Below are positions 20,541 to 31,062 of a stretch of DNA of 64,000 nt, piece by piece (the stretch's first letter is position 1; each line of letters starts with the position of its first letter). The notes beneath the pieces are model-generated. The model was given only the letters and a program-made list of their open reading frames with translations, made no database searches and was not told where the DNA came from. Source of the DNA: Porphyridium purpureum (lineage: Eukaryota). The stretch is taken from positions 1,054,001-1,118,000 of the forward strand of contig VRMN01000003.1 in the NCBI GenBank assembly GCA_008690995.1, written 5' to 3'. The position numbers and the translations under genes are program-made.

Positions 20541-23500
20541 ATGGAGTGGATAGGCGGCGCGCTGGGAGGCGAAGCCGGCCAGCCGCGGCGCGCCGCGGGA
20601 GAGGCTGGAGGCGGCGCGGCGGCGGGCATGATCAAGGAGCGAGATGAGCTCATTGAGAGCATGCGGCAGCAGATGCAGATGCTCAAGGAGGAAATGAGGC
20701 GGAAGGATGAGGAGGCGCAGAGGCAGGAGGCTGACGCAAAGGAACGCCTGCAACTCGCCAGCTCAAGGGCGAAAGAGGTGATGCGGACACACTTGCAGCA
20801 GTTCCAAGCCGAGCGCGTCGAGCTGCAAGCGCAAATCGAGCGGATGCAGAATGAGGTGCAGCAACAGCAGGCGGGAGGGGCACCGAATACCGACGAATAC
20901 GTTGGCAGTGCCGACGCCGAGTGCACAAAGTGTGCCGAGCTCGCAGCAGAACAGAGTCGGCTACAAGAACAGCTGCAGAGTTTGCAGGCGCAGGTGCATG
21001 AAGCTCGAGAGTCGGCGGTTGAGGACGCCCGCCATCAGGCTGAGCACCAGGCACTTGACAAAGAAAATGACGACAAGGCTCAAGTAGCAGAGCGCGAGCG
21101 CGTCGCGAGCGAGCAGTGGTCGCGCGAGCGTGCGAAACTCCTCGCGGATCTGGAACAGAAAACCGCAGAATGCAGTCAGATCGCGGAGGAGCTTTACCAA
21201 TGCAAGGCGCAGTTGCAAAGTATGGTGGAGAAGGCTGATGAAACGAGCACGTCTCACGCACGTCAGGTGGCCGAGTTGAGGAGCTGCGTAGCCAGCTTGC
21301 GTGAGGAACACGACAAGATCAACAGGCGCGGCGAGAATAACGATGAAGACCAGACACGCGACACGCATGACATCAGAGAAATGTCTGCGGAGCTAGAGGC
21401 GACCAAGGCCGCTCGTGACGCAGCGATGAGGCAGCTGGAGCAAGAGCGGGATCGGGCCGAAAAGAACAAGGCGGGTGATGTGATTGCGATCACCTCAATG
21501 GAAGCAACCGTGGCAGAACAAGCGCACCAAATATCTGCTTTACGCAGCGAAGTAGACAAGAAGGCGGAGGAAAGCGGGCAAGCTCGCGCAGAGCTTGAAA
21601 GCATCCAAGCCGCAATGTCCGTGTTGCAACGCAAGGCGGACGAAGAGAAGGAAGCGAAGCGAGCAGTGGAACTAGACAAGCGCGATGAGACGGCTCTGAA
21701 CGAAGCGCAGAAGGAGCGTGACGACGCTCAGGAACTGGTCGAAGAGCTTGCGCTGCAGCTCGAAGCGAAGAGCACAGAGTTGGATCGCGTGAGCGCCGAA
21801 TTGCAGCAGCGCTCTGGGAAAGAGTTTACGGCGCCTGGAAATGCGCCCCCTGCTGCCGCAGCTGTCGCGGATGAGTCTCTTGTTAACGAGCTCCTGGAGC
21901 AGGTCAGCCTTGCAGAAGAGCGGGAGAAAGCATTCAAGAAGCGTCTCGAGGTCGCAGAGGAAGAGACGTTTGCGCTACAGAAAAAGGTTTTGGAATTGGA
22001 GGATTCGCTCAGGCAAGCCGAACAAGGCTTAGAGGCAGCCAACGCTGCTGCGACCGCAGCACCAGCAGCTGGCCCGGCAGTTCCCGCGGCGCCTCTGTCT
22101 GCCGCATCCTTGCCTTCAAATGATACAATGGTGGGGCGGATCAAAGAGCTCGAAGCAGCGCTTGTCGAAAAGGAGAAAGAGTCCAACAAAGTGAAAGAAA
22201 AGGCGCGCCAGTTTTTGAAAGAACTGAATCAGGAGAAACGCGAATTGGAACTGAAATTGAAATCCGAGACGGAGCGCATGCAGGCCGAGCGCGACGCGCG
22301 AGAGCGCGAGCATGCGGATGCGCTACAACGTGCAGAGCAAGAGAGTCGCGACGCAAGAGTAGGCGCGCGCCAACTCGAGGGTGCTCTCACACTCGTGCGC
22401 GAGAAGGACGAGCGGATTGGGGATTTACAGCGTGCATTGGATGACAGTTTAAGAAACGTTGACGCGTTGCGCTCCCAGCTGACCGGCTTGGAGGCTGAAT
22501 TTGAAGCGTACCGTAGCCGTGCGGGCTCAACGCTGCAACAGCGCACTGAGCAGCTAAAAGCAGCGCGCGCCGAGACGGAGCGACTGACTGTTTCGCTGCG
22601 CGTGCGCGCGGAAGAGGCAGAGCGCGGACGAGATGAGCTACTGGCTCGCTTGGACGCGAGCAGTGACGTCGAGGCCGCGCTAGTGGGCAAAGACCGGGCG
22701 ATTGCGGATCTGCACGTGCAGATACGGCAAGCTCACGAAGAACGGTTGAGCGCAGAGCTAGCTGCGTCAGAAAATATTAGCGAGCTCACGCGGCAGCTCG
22801 AAGCCGTGCAGTCAGATTTGAATGCGCTGCGTAGCCAGGGCCAGGATGCCGAGGTGCGCAATGGCCAGCTGCTTCTCAAGGTGGAGCTCGCAGAACGCGG
22901 CCGCGCGGACGCGATCGAGCAGCTGGAGCAACTGCGCGAGCAGTGGCAGCTCGAGGAACGCGGATTGCGCAGTCGAATGAAAGTGCTCGAAGAGCAGATC
23001 ACTTCGATGCGGAACGAAGCGAGGAAGGCGCGCAGCGCGCAATCTGCGGTTGATCGCGTTGCAGCCGCTGCACAGAAGGCGTATAATCATGACTCAGCGG
23101 TCACGAAGAGGAGCGGCGGCACCGGTGAAGATTCGCCGTTCGGACGCGCAAGCGCCGGAGGCCAGTTGTCGCAAGGTTCGCAGTCTCCTTTTCTGAAGTC
23201 ATTAGGCATGGAGCTGAACCCGGCTGAGCTCGAGAATCACGATGAAGTTCTGAGCCGGCTGCGAGCGGAGGCTCTGCAGACGCGCTCTGAAGCGAATGCG
23301 ACTAAGCAGGAGCTCGATCGGGTGGTAGAGGAACTCAGTCGGCTGCGCAAGGAATTTAACGCAGTGGAAGGCCGGCTGGCCGCGGCACAGACCTTGAAGG
23401 ATGGCGTTCCGTACGAGTTTCTGAAGAATGTTGTGTTGCGCTTTCTCGAGACCGATGATTTGAACACGCTGCTGCCCGTCATGGGCACCGTGCTCAGCTT

Positions 23501-23594
23501 CACGCCAGACGAGATCACGTCGGTTAAGGAGAGCCGTGCTGCGCGCGCAAAGAAACGGTCCTCTCTCATGGGCCGCTCATGGTATCAGACGTGA
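20541..23594 (+). CDS. GRIP-domain golgin (long coiled coil)
   Basis: About 1000 aa of E/Q/A/R coiled coil ending in YEFLKNVVLRFLE...LLPVMGTVLSFTPDE. Confidence 0.85.
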   Translation: MEWIGGALGGEAGQPRRAAGEAGGGAAAGMIKERDELIESMRQQMQMLKEEMRRKDEEAQRQEADAKERLQLASSRAKEVMRTHLQQFQAERVELQAQIERMQNEVQQQQAGGAPNTDEYVGSADAECTKCAELAAEQSRLQEQLQSLQAQVHEARESAVEDARHQAEHQALDKENDDKAQVAERERVASEQWSRERAKLLADLEQKTAECSQIAEELYQCKAQLQSMVEKADETSTSHARQVAELRSCVASLREEHDKINRRGENNDEDQTRDTHDIREMSAELEATKAARDAAMRQLEQERDRAEKNKAGDVIAITSMEATVAEQAHQISALRSEVDKKAEESGQARAELESIQAAMSVLQRKADEEKEAKRAVELDKRDETALNEAQKERDDAQELVEELALQLEAKSTELDRVSAELQQRSGKEFTAPGNAPPAAAAVADESLVNELLEQVSLAEEREKAFKKRLEVAEEETFALQKKVLELEDSLRQAEQGLEAANAAATAAPAAGPAVPAAPLSAASLPSNDTMVGRIKELEAALVEKEKESNKVKEKARQFLKELNQEKRELELKLKSETERMQAERDAREREHADALQRAEQESRDARVGARQLEGALTLVREKDERIGDLQRALDDSLRNVDALRSQLTGLEAEFEAYRSRAGSTLQQRTEQLKAARAETERLTVSLRVRAEEAERGRDELLARLDASSDVEAALVGKDRAIADLHVQIRQAHEERLSAELAASENISELTRQLEAVQSDLNALRSQGQDAEVRNGQLLLKVELAERGRADAIEQLEQLREQWQLEERGLRSRMKVLEEQITSMRNEARKARSAQSAVDRVAAAAQKAYNHDSAVTKRSGGTGEDSPFGRASAGGQLSQGSQSPFLKSLGMELNPAELENHDEVLSRLRAEALQTRSEANATKQELDRVVEELSRLRKEFNAVEGRLAAAQTLKDGVPYEFLKNVVLRFLETDDLNTLLPVMGTVLSFTPDEITSVKESRAARAKKRSSLMGRSWYQT

Positions 23595-24157
23595 TCGAGG
23601 CGCGCAGTGCGCACGCGAAGAAGCGCATCCGAACCCGATTCTGTTCTTTGTCCTCCGTTACTGAAGCATGCTTATGCACGAGCCAAGCAGTAGGACGTGC
23701 AACCACACGATCGACTGGGAAGCACTGTTGGTTCTGCAGAGGTCGATGTTCCTGATGGGGCGCCAGTGCGCGCCAGCGAGCGAGCGCGCGCGCCACGCGC
23801 CTGAGGGGCGCACCATGAAAACGACGGATAGGCCCGGTGTACATATAAAAAGAATGCGGTTTTAGTACTGAAAATGTGGCGGTAAAACATCGAGGCCCAA
23901 GCGCACGCGCGGGAGACGGAAGTTTGGCGCCGAGTGTCAACAGAGAGGTGATTGCGCTGCGCTTGAGTAGCGCGCCGCACAAGTGCAAAGACGCGCCTGG
24001 CTGGCTGGAGCTGGTGCGTGCGTGTCTGAGCTGGCCTGCTCGTGCGCGTGTGGGAAGGCTCGGACGGCAGGAGACCCGCGCTTACGCAAAGGGTGGAGAA
24101 GACGCAGCTTCCTCAGCGCTGACCTGTGCAGGGCTAAGACGACGAAGGGCAGACGGC

Positions 24158-27100
24158 ATGCCGCCTGTCACGCCCGATGAGCCTCGCGAGGGCGCTGGTG
24201 TGGCTTCAGAAGATCGCAACGAGGAGCTATCCGGCGGGCCAACGGCCGGGGAAGTTCAAACGGTGCTTGTGCACGCCCAGGGATCCGCAGGGGGTGGCGC
24301 GCATGTGGCGCTCACAGCGCCAGAAGACTTGCAGTCTATCCGAAACAATGCGGACGGCGTTTTGACGCATCGTTCGGATGAAATCACGCGCGAAACTCAT
24401 CTGGCGAGCCATGGACCGCCCTTCGCAGGCAACGACGCTGTCACGCCAGAGCAACACTCGAGAGACGCTGCGCTGCGTAAGCATAAAACGGTGCACAAGG
24501 ATCATGAGGACGCGAACGCCTCCAAAAATGAGTCGATATCGGCCGCGGCTGGTGCGGCTGAGGACGTGTCCACGAAAGTGGAGCACGTGGAGGTAACTAA
24601 AGAGGTGATTGCGATGCAGAAGACCACAAATGACGATACTGGTCGCAAAGATGGAGCTCTTGCTTTGACTGTGGACCCTGCAGATGCGTCTAGCGTGCGT
24701 GAGTCTGCAGAGAAGGCTCTTGAGCGTGCGGGTGAGACCGAGGACAATGAAGAAGACGACGACGATGAAGCTGATGTTGTACAGCCTTCGCGGCGGCACA
24801 GACGTGCTATTGAAAATCCCAAAATTGGACACGACTTGTCGGAGGATAATCAGGACGATGATGAGTCATTGCAGAAGCTAGACTCAATTGCATCAAAAGG
24901 CAGCACTGGTAGTGTAGGAAAGAAGGAAAACCATGAAGAGAGCGATGGCAGCGACTTCAAAGCGGATGAAGACGACGAGGAGGAGGACGATGACGATATG
25001 TCTGATGATATGGTCGAGGAGAAAATTGTTTCTTCACGCGCGGCGCGAGCGCGAGCTGCTCGCACGAAGGTCCGACCGGGTATTGACATTCCGGAAGAGT
25101 TCTTGCGACGGTCTGGTCGTTCCGCACGTCTCCCATCTCCATCATCAGAAGAGGAAGACGAAGAAGAGCAGGATGAAGACGAGTTTATCGTGAGCGACGG
25201 CGACATCAGTGATGACCAGGATGGCTCCGACATGGATGTCAGTGAAAGCGGGTCAGATGGCGACTGGAAAGCTGGGGGCCGAAGTCGGAAGCGTAAGCGC
25301 CGAGCGAGCGGCACGAAGCCCTCGGCATTACCTGGTCGTAATAAGAAAGCGAAACAAAGCTCCCGACTGCGTAGCTCCTTAAGTGAAGTTGACGACGAAG
25401 ACGAGTCACTGGCATGGCGTGGCGGAAAGAGCAATAGGCGTGTCGCCAGTGACGAGTCAGATGACATGGAATGGGGTGCGAAAGGAAAAAGCAAAGGCCG
25501 GGGTCGAAGTGGCGCTCGTACATCTTCAAGAAGCCGCAGAACGAGGGCAAATGAGGATGACGACGATGACGATGACGCAGAAGTGCGCGTATCGTATCGG
25601 AACTTAGGCCGCAGTGCAGTGACGTACGCGGACGAATCTAATGACTTAGATGATGATGACTTGCTTGAAGAGAACAGCGATGCGGCTGCATCCTTCGATG
25701 ACGACGATGATGAACTCAGTGACAGTGAGCGTGAGAGACGGCGCAAACGTAAGGCTGGTAAAAAGCGTCACGCGAAAACGGAGACGTCGGAAGAAACGCT
25801 GCCCAAAATTGACATGGTGGCAGACTACCGTACGTGTGCTGAGCGCGACTTGCACGAAGAGCTGAGCAAGGCGTCTGCAGAAGGCGGCGAGTCGGTAAAG
25901 TTCAAGTCTGAAGCGGAGACGGAGGAGCTGCGCAGGCGCGAGCAGGAGGCTCTCTCAGTCATGAACTTTGACCCTGCGCGTGACGAATTTTTGATCAAAT
26001 GGACGGGCATGTCACATCGTTACGACTCATGGCACAAACTTGATGAGCTACGGGCGTTGAAGGGTTTCACAAAGGTGACTAATTTTGTGAAGCGCGTCGA
26101 AGAGACTCAGTTCTACCTGGAAAGCGACGAGGCCATGCCCGATGAGCACGAGGAAATTCTCGGATTGCGTGAGAGCAACCGCGAGCTGCTGCGGGAATAC
26201 TGTGTTGTGGACCGCATTCTTAGCGAGCGGCACGGAAGTGGCACTGCACAATCAGCTGCGTCGACTGGGACAAAAGAGGTTGAATATTTGGTGAAATGGT
26301 GCGAGTTGCCGTACGCTGAATGCACATGGGAGCCGGCGTCGATGCTGGCGAGCGAGGCGGACATGGCTCAAATCGACAAATTCTTGGAACGACAGCAGGG
26401 GCGCGCGAGCTCCTTTGGCAAGCAGCGGCTCAATCCATTTCAAAGCGTGGAGAAGCGCAAGCCGTACCGAAAGATGGCCACGCAGCCGTCATGGCTGGCG
26501 GGCGACGGGCGAACTCTGCGAGATTACCAGCTGGCCGGCCTCAATTGGTTAGCGTATCGCTGGGTTAATAACACCAACGTGATCCTTGCTGATGAGATGG
26601 GTTTAGGCAAGACGCTGCAGACTATCAGTTTTATTGGTTGGATTCGCAACGAGAAGCAGGTGGCGTGGCCATTTCTGGTGATTGTACCCTTGTCCACGCT
26701 GTCAGCTTGGCAGCGCGAGTTTGCTCGTTGGCTGCCAGAGCTGAACGTGTTGTGCTATCAAGGCGATGCCAAGTCGCGGTCCGTCATTCGGGAGCACGAG
26801 TTTTACTGCGGCTCGAGCGGTCGCAGCAAACAAGGGTCCGGTGTCGACGCCGTGAAGTTTGACGTGCTCATTACGACGTATGAGCTTGTCATGGCTGACC
26901 AGCAGGAACTCGAGAGATTTCGCTGGGCTTTAATCGCAATCGACGAAGCGCACCGTCTAAAGAACGAGCAGAGCGCGTTGAGTGTCACTCTTGCCGGCAT
27001 GGCTTCTGCTAATCGTCTGCTTATCACGGGCACCCCGCTGCAGAATTCGATCCGTGAGCTGTGGGCTCTTTTGTACTTTTTGCACCCGGAGCGCTATCCA

Positions 27101-30004
27101 TTGGCGGAAGACTTTGAGTCGAAGTATAACTTTGTCGAGCTGCGCAGTGCAGATCGTATTGCCGAACTGCATAATGAATTGCAGCCGTATATTCTGCGCC
27201 GTCAAAAGGGCGATGTTGAAAAGTCGCTGCCGAAGAAGACCTACTCGGTGCTGCGTGTGGGGATGACGAACGTACAGCAGCAGTACTATCGGTGGATCCT
27301 CACTCGTAACTTTGCAAAAATTAACGCCGGTATCGGTGGACCAGGAAGTGCAGGCAGTAAGTACGGCGGCGGATCGTCCACGCTGCTGAATATTGTCATG
27401 GAGCTCAAGAAATGCTGTAATCATCCATATTTATTTGCCGGGGCCGAAGCAGAGGATATGCAACGTCTCGCTGCAGCCGGGGGTGGTGCAGATTCGGAGC
27501 TCAGTGCTCTGGTCAAGGCGTCGGGTAAGTTGATTTTGCTCGACAAGCTCTTGCAGCGCCTAAAGGAGAAGGGCCATCGAGTTTTGATTTTCTCGCAAAT
27601 GGTCATCATGCTTGACATTCTGCAAGACTACTGTCGCTTGCGGCAGTTTGCATACCAGCGTCTGGATGGATCAATGCCGAATGACTTGCGCGTGCGTGCA
27701 GTTGACCACTTCAATGCGCCGAATTCGCAGGACTTTGTTTTCTTACTTTCCACGCGAGCCGGTGGTTTAGGGATCAACTTGGCCACTGCGGACACAGTCA
27801 TTATCTTTGACAGCGACTGGAACCCGCAAAATGATCTACAGGCCGAATCACGTGCGCATCGCATTGGGCAGACGAAGGATGTGCGCGTGTTCCGATTCCT
27901 TACACGCGGCACTGTGGAAGAGGACATTCTGGAGCGCGCCAAACGCAAGCGCGTACTGGAACACTTGGTGATCCACGGCGTGGAGCGCGGCTCGGGCGAT
28001 TCTGTTGCAGGACCCAAGAAGGGCGACGGCCCCAAGAATGTCTTCAAGAAAGACGAGCTTTCCGCAATTTTGCGATTTGGTGCCGAGGAGCTGTTCAAGA
28101 CGGCAGCGACTGGGGCAGACGGTTCGACTCAGGTAGCAGCTGGAGGGCTTTCGTTTGGTGGCGGCCCGGCTCTTGGGGCGGGTCCCTTGACGCTGACCGC
28201 CGGAACTGCGACTGGCAACGATGCAGGGACGGGGAATGATGTGGACGCCTCTCAGGTTGCTGTGGTGACAGGTGACAAGACTCACCAAGTCTCCGATGCA
28301 GCTGATATCGATGCGCTTCTAGAGGCATCGCCGAACGACGACGCAAACTCGGCCGCAGATGAGGCGGATAGCGCTGGTGCCTCGTTGCTGAATGCTTTTA
28401 AGTGGACGGACTTCTCGTTCGAAGAAGAGGAAGCGCAACGCGAGCGACAGGAGGAGGAGCAACGGAAAGCCGCAGAGGCGAGTAAGGCAGCCGCGGCCTT
28501 GCGAGAAAATGAGGAAAGAAAGGAGAAGCTGGCTCGAGATGTTGCATTGCAGGCTGAGCGAGACAAGCAAATGTTTTCCAAGGAAGGCGACACAGAGTTT
28601 TGGAAGCGCGTGATACCTCAGGACGACCGAGAAAATGTCATCGCGTCCGAGCTGTACATCGGTCGCCGCCAGCGAAATCAGACACAAAAGTATGAAGAGT
28701 CTGCCGGCGGTTCGAGCACGGCCGCCCGTCGCAGCCGTCCGGGCATGGACAGCAAGCGCGCCGCAGATTTGAATAACTTGAAGGATGCGCGCTTGCTGCT
28801 GAAGTCTTTCCGTAAGTTCGGCTCGGTCAAGCGTATCGGGAAGGTGCTTGAAGACGCTGAGCTAGTCAACACCTTTTCGGAGGCGGAAGCCACCGCGCTC
28901 ATCAAATCGGCTCTCGATGACGCCCATGCTGCGATCGAAGCTCTCAAGCATAAGCAGGAGAATCCGGAAAAGGCGGCGAAGGTCGATCAGGTGGATGGTG
29001 CCCTTCCTTCAGTCGGAGTCGCGCCAAAGGACAAGGCCACGAATGGAACGAAGCCTCTTGGAGACGACGACGAGGACGTCGACGAGGACGAAGAGGATGA
29101 GGACAAGGACGACGATAAAAATGACGCAGATTTCGCCGCCGAGGGGGGCGGTGGAAATGCAGGCGGGCTTGCCGGCGGATCTGGTGGCTCAAAGAACAAA
29201 GCGGGGACCGAGAAGGCTTTATTTGAGTTTGCGGGAGAAAAGATCGACGCAGAAGAGTTCTTGGCTCGCTGCAATGAGCTCAGTCACTTGGAGCAACTGG
29301 TTGAGGAGGCTTCTGGAGGCGATAAGAATTTCCGACTGCACCCACAACAGTATCCTGCGTATCGGAACGCAAAATATGCTTCGATTCGATGGACGCCACT
29401 GCTTGACTCATATCTGCTGATCGGTGTCTATCGCCACGGTTTTGGAAACTTTGAGAGGATCAAAAACGATCCTGATCTGACGCTGAAGCAAAAGATTTAT
29501 CTGGGGACGTCGGACGATACTGCCGCAGCAGGTGCGCCGGACACTGCGAAACTACAGCGTCGAGTGGTTACGTTGCTCAAAATGCTTTTGAAAGCACGGC
29601 TACTGCCTGAGAAGCCTAAAGCACAGCCCAAGTCTAGCACCGCCGCAAAAAGTACCGCGAAAGTCAAGGGTAGCAACGGTGTGGTGGCGCCATCGTCTTC
29701 AAAGTCCAAGAAAATTGAGACTTCCCGTGCACCGGAATGGAAAACAATCAAGTCCCAGTTGAAGGATACTCTGCATCATCTGATGCGTCTCTCAGATCCA
29801 AGTTTTGAGATCGATTCCAAGAAGCGTATTGCCCGGACGAAGAAGTGCCTCAAGGCAATAGGCGATTTCATTAGCCACCAGCCGAACATGTCACGGAAAG
29901 TGGAAGAGAGCCTGTGGGATAAGGTGTCAGAGCAGTGCAACACGCGCAAGTCTGGAAGCGAGCTGCTGTCGCTGTACCACACACGCCTCAAAGATAATGC
30001 GTGA
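24158..30004 (+). CDS. CHD1: CHD1-type chromodomain SNF2 chromatin remodeller
   Basis: Two chromodomains (FLIKWTGMSH, EYLVKWCELPY), ILADEMGLGKT, DEAH, LSTRAGGLGINL, DSDWNPQNDLQA, and a SLIDE-like LLIGVYRHGFG. Start uncertain. Confidence 0.95.
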   Translation: MPPVTPDEPREGAGVASEDRNEELSGGPTAGEVQTVLVHAQGSAGGGAHVALTAPEDLQSIRNNADGVLTHRSDEITRETHLASHGPPFAGNDAVTPEQHSRDAALRKHKTVHKDHEDANASKNESISAAAGAAEDVSTKVEHVEVTKEVIAMQKTTNDDTGRKDGALALTVDPADASSVRESAEKALERAGETEDNEEDDDDEADVVQPSRRHRRAIENPKIGHDLSEDNQDDDESLQKLDSIASKGSTGSVGKKENHEESDGSDFKADEDDEEEDDDDMSDDMVEEKIVSSRAARARAARTKVRPGIDIPEEFLRRSGRSARLPSPSSEEEDEEEQDEDEFIVSDGDISDDQDGSDMDVSESGSDGDWKAGGRSRKRKRRASGTKPSALPGRNKKAKQSSRLRSSLSEVDDEDESLAWRGGKSNRRVASDESDDMEWGAKGKSKGRGRSGARTSSRSRRTRANEDDDDDDDAEVRVSYRNLGRSAVTYADESNDLDDDDLLEENSDAAASFDDDDDELSDSERERRRKRKAGKKRHAKTETSEETLPKIDMVADYRTCAERDLHEELSKASAEGGESVKFKSEAETEELRRREQEALSVMNFDPARDEFLIKWTGMSHRYDSWHKLDELRALKGFTKVTNFVKRVEETQFYLESDEAMPDEHEEILGLRESNRELLREYCVVDRILSERHGSGTAQSAASTGTKEVEYLVKWCELPYAECTWEPASMLASEADMAQIDKFLERQQGRASSFGKQRLNPFQSVEKRKPYRKMATQPSWLAGDGRTLRDYQLAGLNWLAYRWVNNTNVILADEMGLGKTLQTISFIGWIRNEKQVAWPFLVIVPLSTLSAWQREFARWLPELNVLCYQGDAKSRSVIREHEFYCGSSGRSKQGSGVDAVKFDVLITTYELVMADQQELERFRWALIAIDEAHRLKNEQSALSVTLAGMASANRLLITGTPLQNSIRELWALLYFLHPERYPLAEDFESKYNFVELRSADRIAELHNELQPYILRRQKGDVEKSLPKKTYSVLRVGMTNVQQQYYRWILTRNFAKINAGIGGPGSAGSKYGGGSSTLLNIVMELKKCCNHPYLFAGAEAEDMQRLAAAGGGADSELSALVKASGKLILLDKLLQRLKEKGHRVLIFSQMVIMLDILQDYCRLRQFAYQRLDGSMPNDLRVRAVDHFNAPNSQDFVFLLSTRAGGLGINLATADTVIIFDSDWNPQNDLQAESRAHRIGQTKDVRVFRFLTRGTVEEDILERAKRKRVLEHLVIHGVERGSGDSVAGPKKGDGPKNVFKKDELSAILRFGAEELFKTAATGADGSTQVAAGGLSFGGGPALGAGPLTLTAGTATGNDAGTGNDVDASQVAVVTGDKTHQVSDAADIDALLEASPNDDANSAADEADSAGASLLNAFKWTDFSFEEEEAQRERQEEEQRKAAEASKAAAALRENEERKEKLARDVALQAERDKQMFSKEGDTEFWKRVIPQDDRENVIASELYIGRRQRNQTQKYEESAGGSSTAARRSRPGMDSKRAADLNNLKDARLLLKSFRKFGSVKRIGKVLEDAELVNTFSEAEATALIKSALDDAHAAIEALKHKQENPEKAAKVDQVDGALPSVGVAPKDKATNGTKPLGDDDEDVDEDEEDEDKDDDKNDADFAAEGGGGNAGGLAGGSGGSKNKAGTEKALFEFAGEKIDAEEFLARCNELSHLEQLVEEASGGDKNFRLHPQQYPAYRNAKYASIRWTPLLDSYLLIGVYRHGFGNFERIKNDPDLTLKQKIYLGTSDDTAAAGAPDTAKLQRRVVTLLKMLLKARLLPEKPKAQPKSSTAAKSTAKVKGSNGVVAPSSSKSKKIETSRAPEWKTIKSQLKDTLHHLMRLSDPSFEIDSKKRIARTKKCLKAIGDFISHQPNMSRKVEESLWDKVSEQCNTRKSGSELLSLYHTRLKDNA

Positions 30005-30072
30005 TACTTTGTGCTCGTGAGTCAAATCTGGAAGTTTAGCTTTGCGAAGCGTAAAAGTAAATCAAAAAGGAA

Positions 30073-30696
30073 ATGACCAGCCAGAGCTTCGCGCATGAGT
30101 TCCGAACTCTGTGCATAAGGCCAGGTGCCTTCGTATCTCTCGGCGCACTCGAGTCGTTCCGCCAGGACCGTGCACTGCATGCGCGCACGTGTCAGTTGCG
30201 ACGGCAGCGCGTTCAGGTGCATCTGCAATCCGTATCGCCTGGGTCGCCGCTGAGCTCTGGCGAAGGCGATCACGCAAGTGACGACCGAAACAAGCTAGAG
30301 CTCGACGCCGTCCTGGGATCACGTGAAAGGAGGAGACGGATGAACCATGTGGAACGTCGCCAGCACAAGTTCCAAGGGCGAGGCCCTCGTCAAGGTCGTG
30401 ACATGAGGCTTTGCATTGTGACTCGCGAGCGCGTGAATCGGTTTGATTTGTGGCGTGTCGTGCGCATTGCGACAGGAGCACGCGCGCCGGACGAACCTGC
30501 GGCCATTATTGCGATTGAACAGGGTAATGGGCGTTCTGTGTATATCAAGCGCGATGTCGAGCTGATCCGCAAGGCGCAAAAGCGAAACGTGTTTTCAAAA
30601 GCCCTGCGCGTCAATGTGGACTCAAGCGTCTACGACGAGTTGGTACGACTTACAGAATTGTGGAGCGCAAGGCAGCCAAACGGTACCAGCCAATAA
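30073..30696 (+). CDS. YlxR/RnpM (DUF448) family RNA-binding protein with N-terminal extension
   Basis: R-x-C-I-V-T-R, DLWRVVR, GRSVYI, and a KRNVFSKALR C-terminus. The ~110-aa Ser/Arg-rich extension contains GAFV. Confidence 0.8.
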   Translation: MTSQSFAHEFRTLCIRPGAFVSLGALESFRQDRALHARTCQLRRQRVQVHLQSVSPGSPLSSGEGDHASDDRNKLELDAVLGSRERRRRMNHVERRQHKFQGRGPRQGRDMRLCIVTRERVNRFDLWRVVRIATGARAPDEPAAIIAIEQGNGRSVYIKRDVELIRKAQKRNVFSKALRVNVDSSVYDELVRLTELWSARQPNGTSQ

Positions 30697-31062
30697 GCAT
30701 GGATCCTTGTGGTTACGAATCATTCGGGGCGTGGACCGTTCCAACTGGTTTGCCCGCTGCGTGGACAGCTTGGGTTCATACCGTTGCGGGCAGCCCATCC
30801 AGGCGACCATTCCTAGATTTCCTCTTCCCATTTCCAACACAAAACGTTTACTCGTGATCCACACAGCGTACAAACCTACCCCAAAGCATCAAAGCATCTG
30901 TTCATTCTCAACATCATGGCGCTGAAGTTAAAACTCATCTCCATACAGGCATTGAAAGTCGCAATCCACGAGAAGCCCCGTACAGAACTGGAGACATTGG
31001 CGAGACGCACGCCGCACTGCGCACAGACAGAAGCGAAAATGACCTTGCAAACTCCAGACAAC

